Of a stretch of 64,000 nucleotides of DNA, positions 59,401-64,000 are shown in pieces (the stretch's first letter is position 1; each line of letters starts with the position of its first letter). A model generated the notes under the pieces. The model saw only the letters and a program-made list of their open reading frames with translations. It did not search any database and was not told the origin of the DNA. This DNA is from Terriglobia bacterium (lineage in GTDB: Bacteria; Acidobacteriota; Terriglobia; Acidiferrales; UBA7541): NCBI GenBank assembly GCA_963695545.1, contig OY968796.1, positions 2,688,001 through 2,752,000 on the forward strand, in the 5' to 3' direction. Both the position numbers and the translations under genes were made by a program.

Positions 59401-59951
59401 GGATTCGCGTAGATAATTCGCCCGCCAATTTGGCGTATCGCGTCACCGAGGCGCCTTTGTCCGGCGCGAATTTGCGTTTTCGGGGCTATCCGCGCGTGAT
59501 CGAAGGCAATCCGAAGAACGACATCACGTACGTCTATGACGACGTGAGCCGAAGTGGTCCGTACGCGCGACAGGCGGGGAACTATACCCGCTACGGCGAC
59601 GTCACCGAGCTTGTGCGATCGAGCGACGACGAATACGTGGTCTTTGGTTCGGGCGACGAAGTCGCGGTAGATTTCGACGCAACGCGCTTACCCGATTTGC
59701 CGGCCGGTTGGACGCGCGATTATTTCTTCTACGCGGATGGCTTCGCCAAGGACATGGATTTCTACGCGGCGTATGGAGATACCGTCTCGCCGCTTCCGTT
59801 TCACACGCTGGTTCCGTATCCATATCCGCAAGGCGTTTCTTATCCGATGGACGACGAACATCTGAATTATTGGCTCGAGTACAACACGCGCGGAGTGGCG
59901 GGCCCGGCGAGCCCGAGCTTCAAGTTCAACTATCCGTCAGAATCACACTGA
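56409..59951 (+). CDS. Large exported protein: TPR, FG-GAP repeats, ASPIC/UnbV and an unknown C-terminal domain; start possibly GTG 56439
   Basis: N-terminal TPRs; DYDGDGKPD-type repeats; GIGTKVE, HAGLG, LWPTG; SSCPIVFAWNG followed by ~430 aa. Confidence 0.85.
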   Translation: MPRSARTGGTVNRWKRILAPAAMIACAFLCVASRGAKDSAAFQQTATGDSATHLEAVRENNFGVALMNRQQFGDALAKFQAACAQVPKTDVPCVNVGITLFNLQRYDEARKLLAEIVGLDPQSARAWFNLGLLDKAAGAFDAALVDFNRVAQIDSDDADSRYFVGLIYSQQKQYDKAIASFREALARNPFHLSAEFGLAQAEQRSGDLASAKENLESFEHLNATKLGVPIGSAYGQQGNYSLTASMTPAPEPVPPPIPVHFVDVTASAGLSPTPSLEKPAVDSTLANFLGSGACVIDYDGDGKPDIFFLDADGRGDAALYHNIGDGKFVDVTKAAGLDLHGEGTSCAVGDYDNDGKPDLAIAWNGHLMLFHNEGNGVLKDVTEKAGIKTDGLLLGITFVDYDHDGDLDLYVTRFENFPFPGPSQPFAFPADASAPGNVLWRNNGNGTFTEWTNETALGGDKPSVAAIASDVNNDRAVDLVVTGWGKSPQVFLNPREGKFKAITPWTSDMPAPTAGAVALDFDKDGRMDLAFTHWGAPGLSLWRNVDGKSFERVALPDLGWERGWGVAPIDYDNDGWIDLVAVGETKSGEGRIALLRNEGPAGFRDVSHDVGLDKIVLRNPRSVIAFDYDGDGAVDLLITQNNLPPVLLRNVGGSRNNWLELALKGEHDNATGIGTKVEISAGALQQKWEVPGASGYLGQGSAEIHAGLGDEQQTDIVRLLWPTGVLQDELDIPAGKRNEITEIDRRGSSCPIVFAWNGKKFDFLADVIGPGIVGHWIGPNQRNTPDPEEYFKVAGSEVSPKAGHILFRMIEPMEELDYLDRVRLLAVDHPADEEVYPNAYFASNPPFPEFKVIASRGAHAPAGAWDDQGRDVLPLLLRRDRKYISDLPEAPYQGFAGMHSLKLDLGPWDASRPLRLLMDGFTDYFSANSMYAAWQAGIQPVAPFIEAQDASGKWIRVVDDMGFPAGLARTMVADLTGKLPPGTRYIRITTNLKIYWDRIRVDNSPANLAYRVTEAPLSGANLRFRGYPRVIEGNPKNDITYVYDDVSRSGPYARQAGNYTRYGDVTELVRSSDDEYVVFGSGDEVAVDFDATRLPDLPAGWTRDYFFYADGFAKDMDFYAAYGDTVSPLPFHTLVPYPYPQGVSYPMDDEHLNYWLEYNTRGVAGPASPSFKFNYPSESH

Positions 59952-59964
59952 GTGGGAATTTGCG

Positions 59965-60525
59965 TTATTTCACGCGATGTAATTCGATGTAATCGCGGCC
60001 ATGATAGAGGCGATAGTTGCCCGGCTGCGCCGCCGCGACGAACTGTAGCGGGATGGGGCGATGGATGTCGGCGTCGCGCGTCGAGGTCGCGTGCAGCACG
60101 TCGTTCGCGGCGAGATCCATAACTACGAACTGGTTGTTATCGAGAAATCCGAAGCCGTACGCGCCGGGCTGCAGCGTCTGGCCGCTGATTTCGATCGGAA
60201 CTTCGGCGATCAGGTAGGCCTGATATTTCACTCGAATGCGCGTGGCATAGCCGGAACTATCCACGAGGCCCGCGAGAAGCAGCAGCCCGTCGGTGAAGCG
60301 GACGCCGCCGACGTTGTCCATTTGGACTGTAGCGGTCTGTCCGCGGAAAAAAACGGTCGTGGGAAAAAGATGGTCGGTGATATCCGTGGCGGCCAGGATT
60401 ACATCTTTCGTCTGCGGAGCGGCGGCTGCGTCTGGCGCAGGTGCCGGCGTGCCTTGGGCAAAGGCAGTCGCGGAGGCGACGAGCACAAGAAGGGCGATTC
60501 CGGCTAGGGTGTGGCGGGCATTCAT
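59965..60525 (-). CDS. Secreted hypothetical protein
   Basis: GAGGAG RBS before ATG 60525; signal peptide ending AFA-Q; protein-like composition (GLVDSSGY, LQPGAYGFGF). Confidence 0.75.
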   Translation of the reverse strand: MNARHTLAGIALLVLVASATAFAQGTPAPAPDAAAAPQTKDVILAATDITDHLFPTTVFFRGQTATVQMDNVGGVRFTDGLLLLAGLVDSSGYATRIRVKYQAYLIAEVPIEISGQTLQPGAYGFGFLDNNQFVVMDLAANDVLHATSTRDADIHRPIPLQFVAAAQPGNYRLYHGRDYIELHRVK

Positions 60526-60785
60526 GGGATTCTCCTCGTGGGCGAGCTCGGTTGGCGGTCGACGGCATTCTAGCACGGAGTTTCACGCATTGGGCCGCGC
60601 AGACGGCCGGACTTCCACGCGTCGCATCGGTACAGAGAATCGACGATTCGATCTGATATTGATTCGTACCTGCGTCTGGAGTGCATCCTATAATCACGAG
60701 GACAGAGCCCAAGGCGTCGCGATGCAAGGTCTAGAGTCGGCCAATTATTTTCCCGGCAACGATCGCCTGCGAAAGTCGTGATTCG

Positions 60786-61835
60786 ATGAACGGTTCTTTT
60801 ACAGCGCGAAGTGTTCTATTGACCGGGGCCGGCGGCTCGATCGGCTCCGCACTGGCGAAGGCGATCGCCTCGCAAGGACCTCGTTCGCTCGTGCTCCTGG
60901 ATCATTCGGAACAAAATCTTCAGCAGATCGATTTCGATCTGAGCGCCGTTCACGGCGCGAAGGTTTGGTCTCCAATCCTCGGAGACATCGCCGATGGCGC
61001 TCTGCTTTCAGAAATCTTTGACGAGTACGAACCGGAAGTGATCATCCACGCGGCAGCCTTCAAGCATGTACCGCTGATGGAGAAAAATCCGATTCCAGCC
61101 ATTCGGAATAACTCGCTTGCCACGAACCTCCTGGCGAAAAAGGCTGGCGCGCACGGCGTGGCCACGTTCGTCATGGTCTCCACGGACAAAGCGGTTAATC
61201 CGCAAAGCGTGATGGGCGCCTCGAAGAGATTGGCGGAACTTGCGCTGCTGCGATGGAGCAGCGCGCGCACCACCATGCGGGCTGTTCGCCTCGGTAATGT
61301 TTTTGGATCGCGCGGAAGCGTGGTGCCCACCTTCCTTCGGCAGATTTCTGCGGGAGGGCCGGTGACCGTGACGCATCCGGATGTGACGCGTTATTTCCTG
61401 AGCATGAGCGAGGCGGTCGAATTGCTCACCTTGGCGGACAGTCTCTCGGGGCGGGGCGGCATATACATTTCAGACCCTGGTGAACCCGTGCGAATTCTCG
61501 ATCTTGCACATCAGCTGATTGAGAACGCTGGCGCCGGACACGAAGGCGAAATCCCGATCGTGATGACGGGCCTTCGCCCAGGCGAAAAGATGACCGAGGA
61601 GTTTTATTCAGACGGTGAAACGGTTGCCGAAGCGGGCGGCCGAAAGCTGCGGCTGATCAATACACCGGAGCCGCCGCGCGAACAGTTCGACGTGCTGATG
61701 ACGGAGTTACAAGAAGCTGTGGATCGGCGCGATTTGACGGACGCACTCGACCGGCTATGCCGGCTGGTGCCCGAGTATCGCCCCAGCGAAACGATTCTCG
61801 CGTTGCGGCAAAACGCCGCGTCTCAATCCGCATGA
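60786..61835 (+). CDS. PglF/CapD-type nucleotide-sugar 4,6-dehydratase, catalytic domain only
   Basis: TGAGGSIGS, HAAAFKHVP, STDKAVNP, MGASK, VRLGNVFGSRGSVVP, GLRPGEK. Confidence 0.9.
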   Translation: MNGSFTARSVLLTGAGGSIGSALAKAIASQGPRSLVLLDHSEQNLQQIDFDLSAVHGAKVWSPILGDIADGALLSEIFDEYEPEVIIHAAAFKHVPLMEKNPIPAIRNNSLATNLLAKKAGAHGVATFVMVSTDKAVNPQSVMGASKRLAELALLRWSSARTTMRAVRLGNVFGSRGSVVPTFLRQISAGGPVTVTHPDVTRYFLSMSEAVELLTLADSLSGRGGIYISDPGEPVRILDLAHQLIENAGAGHEGEIPIVMTGLRPGEKMTEEFYSDGETVAEAGGRKLRLINTPEPPREQFDVLMTELQEAVDRRDLTDALDRLCRLVPEYRPSETILALRQNAASQSA

Positions 61836-63022
61836 AACGCACCATCGTAGTTGTGACGTCCTCCCGGGCCGACTATAGCCATTTGTATTGGCCGTTGCGA
61901 GATCTGTCTCGAACGGAATCGGTCGATCTCAGAATCGTAGCGCTCGGTCCCCACCTCTCGCCCGAATTTGGCAATACATTTCGGGAAATCGAAAAAGATG
62001 GCTTCACGATAGACGCGCGCGTCGAGTGTTTGCTCAGCTCCGATAGCGACATTGGAATGGCCAAAACGATCGGGGTCGCCACGCTGGGCCTTGCGGATTT
62101 GTTCGGCAAGATACGGCCGGATCTGCTTCTTTTGATCGCGGATCGATACGAGATGCTTGCCCCGGCATCCGTCGCGTTAGCTCTGCGGATTCCGATCGCG
62201 CACATCGAAGGCGGCGAGATCAGCGAAGGCGCAATCGACGATGCCGTGCGCAACGCTTTGACGAAGATGAGCCACATTCATTTCACGGCGACCGAAGCCG
62301 CACGTGAGCGCGTAATCGATATGGATGAAGAGGAATGGCGTGTTCACTGCGCGGGGGCGCCGTCTTTGGATCATCTCCGAAGGCGAACGCTCCTTGAGCG
62401 CGAGGAAATAGAATCTAAATTACGCGCGGATTTATCGCGGCCGACAATTCTGGTCGCCTACCATCCGGTCACTCTCGCGCGAGACACGCTTGAGGAAGCG
62501 GACGCCCTATTCGCGGCACTGGAAGAAATTCCGGAGCAGCTTCTATTCTGTTATCCGAATGCGGACGCCGGCAGCCGCGCGCTGATCGAGCGCACCAAAT
62601 CCTTTACCGAGTCTCGAGGATGCGGCGCCGTATTCACCAATCTTGACGCCGTCACTTATTGGAGCCTGTTGCGCGAAATATCTATGTTGGTGGGAAATTC
62701 CAGCAGCGGAATTATGGAAGCGGCGTCCTTCCGTCTCCCGACGGTGAATATAGGCATGCGACAGCAGGGAAGAGAACGCGCCAGGAACGTGCTCGACGCA
62801 GCAGCGAATAAAGCATCCATCTTGAAAGCGATAGAGATTGCTAAGACGCTTCAATTCCGCCAATCGCTTGTGGGCATGGTCAACCCATATGGCGACGGCC
62901 ACGCGTCCGAAAGAATCGTCGAGGTCTTGACCACAGTTCCGTTGAACAAGGACCTGCTGGTGAAGCGCCGCGCTGCGTCCGCGAAATCGCCGTCCGCCGC
63001 CAGAGTGAAGAGCGCGCCGTGA
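61832..63022 (+). CDS. neuC: Hydrolysing UDP-N-acetylglucosamine 2-epimerase (NeuC/LegG family)
   Basis: TSSRADY, DRYEML, HIEGGE, YHPVT, YPNADAG, VGNSSSGIMEA, NIGMRQQGR, NPYGDG; ATGA overlap with the upstream gene. Confidence 0.9.
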   Translation: MKRTIVVVTSSRADYSHLYWPLRDLSRTESVDLRIVALGPHLSPEFGNTFREIEKDGFTIDARVECLLSSDSDIGMAKTIGVATLGLADLFGKIRPDLLLLIADRYEMLAPASVALALRIPIAHIEGGEISEGAIDDAVRNALTKMSHIHFTATEAARERVIDMDEEEWRVHCAGAPSLDHLRRRTLLEREEIESKLRADLSRPTILVAYHPVTLARDTLEEADALFAALEEIPEQLLFCYPNADAGSRALIERTKSFTESRGCGAVFTNLDAVTYWSLLREISMLVGNSSSGIMEAASFRLPTVNIGMRQQGRERARNVLDAAANKASILKAIEIAKTLQFRQSLVGMVNPYGDGHASERIVEVLTTVPLNKDLLVKRRAASAKSPSAARVKSAP

Positions 63023-64000
63023 AAATCCCTCTTTCCGCTCCCGATATACAAGAAGACGAGATCGAAGCGGTTGCCGGCGTGCTTCGCAGTCCGCGCCTGA
63101 GCATGGGGCCGAGGCTTGAAGAATTTGAAAGTGCGATCGCGCGCTACGTCGGCGCCGAGCATGCGATCGGCGTGAGTTCGGGTACGAGCGGCCTCCATCT
63201 TTCTGTGCGCGCGCTCGGAATCGGCGCGGGCGATGAAGTGATCGTTCCATCGTTCGCGTTCATCGCCGTGGCCAACGTGCTGCGCTATGAACACGCGATC
63301 CCGTTATTCGTAGACATCCAGCCGGCAACACTGAATCTCGATCCGTGCAGAATTGAAGCCGCGATCACCGCCCGCACCAAGGCCATCCTTGTCGTGCACA
63401 CTTTTGGGTGCCCCGCAGATTTAGCGGAGATCCTTGCGATCGCGCGGCGACATCATCTGCACGTGATTGAGGACGCATGCGAAGCCATCGGAGCCGAATA
63501 CGATGGCCGGAAGGTGGGCGTGTTCGGCGACGCGGGCGTCTTCGCGTTCTATCCCAATAAACAGGTCACGACCGGCGAAGGCGGAATGATCGTCACCGAC
63601 AATCCGGTGATAGCCTCCGCGGCGCGTGCGCTCCGCAATCAGGGCCGAGCCGAAACCGACAATTGGTTCCAGCACTCCGAAGTCGGCTACAACTATCGGT
63701 TGCCGGAAATGAGTTGCGCGCTGGGAATCGGTCAGCTCAAGCGAATTGATGCGATCCTATCGCGGCGCGAGGAAATCGCGAAAACCTACAACGAGAAACT
63801 GGGAGGGAACGAAAATCTGATACTTCCGCCGCTGAGTGTGCCGCGCCGCAAGATCAGTTGGTTCGTGTATGTCGTTCGGCTGTCAGAATATTTCTCACAA
63901 GGTCATCGCGATTGGATTGTGAAGGAGATGGATCGCCGCGGGATTTCGTGTGGCCGATATTTTGCGCCGATTCACCTCCAGCCGGCGTATCACGATGTGT
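63019..64000 (+). CDS. DegT/DnrJ/EryC1/StrS PLP-dependent sugar aminotransferase, 3'-truncated by the window edge
   Basis: Translated by hand from GTG 63019: MKIPLSAPDI..., SSGTSGLHL, IEDACEAIG, FAFYPNKQVTTGEGG, GYNYRL; absent from the ORF track. Confidence 0.92.
   Translation, partial: MKIPLSAPDIQEDEIEAVAGVLRSPRLSMGPRLEEFESAIARYVGAEHAIGVSSGTSGLHLSVRALGIGAGDEVIVPSFAFIAVANVLRYEHAIPLFVDIQPATLNLDPCRIEAAITARTKAILVVHTFGCPADLAEILAIARRHHLHVIEDACEAIGAEYDGRKVGVFGDAGVFAFYPNKQVTTGEGGMIVTDNPVIASAARALRNQGRAETDNWFQHSEVGYNYRLPEMSCALGIGQLKRIDAILSRREEIAKTYNEKLGGNENLILPPLSVPRRKISWFVYVVRLSEYFSQGHRDWIVKEMDRRGISCGRYFAPIHLQPAYHDV

Noticed and set aside
43486..59951. Enediyne biosynthetic cluster suggested by UnbV-like domains
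   Set aside because: No PKSE or other enediyne cassette genes in the window

Overview
GC-rich bacterial chromosomal segment, very probably Acidobacteriota (inferred from an ADOP-type orphan permease, an Oar-like TonB-dependent receptor and several CRTAC1/ASPIC-UnbV proteins). It has four blocks. (1) 1-12 kb: a glycogen and sugar-phosphate catabolic operon (glgX, malQ, xfp, pgi, P-type H+-ATPase, gnd, GH144-like) containing an unannotated 51-codon remnant ORF. (2) 14.5-41.4 kb: a galactan/arabinogalactan-type polysaccharide utilisation region (propeller sensor kinase plus NarL regulator, GH35, GH53, TPR protein, TonB receptor, two GH2, a tandem pair of uncharacterised clan GH-A hydrolases, an esterase); three of its promoters share a 6-4-6 dyad box at fixed distance from a -10 hexamer. 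(3) 41.5-60 kb: a second NarL two-component system, four FG-GAP/ASPIC-UnbV proteins, a membrane-anchored five-CxxCH cytochrome c-TPR fusion, a Cys-bearing putative beta-barrel, TlpA and a MetE-like protein, with a second dyad box on a decayed duplication. (4) 60.8-64 kb: start of a nonulosonic (probably legionaminic) acid sugar pathway. The most unusual signal is non-coding: two diverged ~350-bp copies (16860-17205 minus, 37382-37748 plus) of an element with a near-consensus sigma70 promoter followed by ~280 nt whose hairpins are kept by compensatory and wobble changes, a candidate undescribed structured RNA family. No rRNA, tRNA, CRISPR array or transposase was seen. All calls are by eye from motifs; no database search was run.
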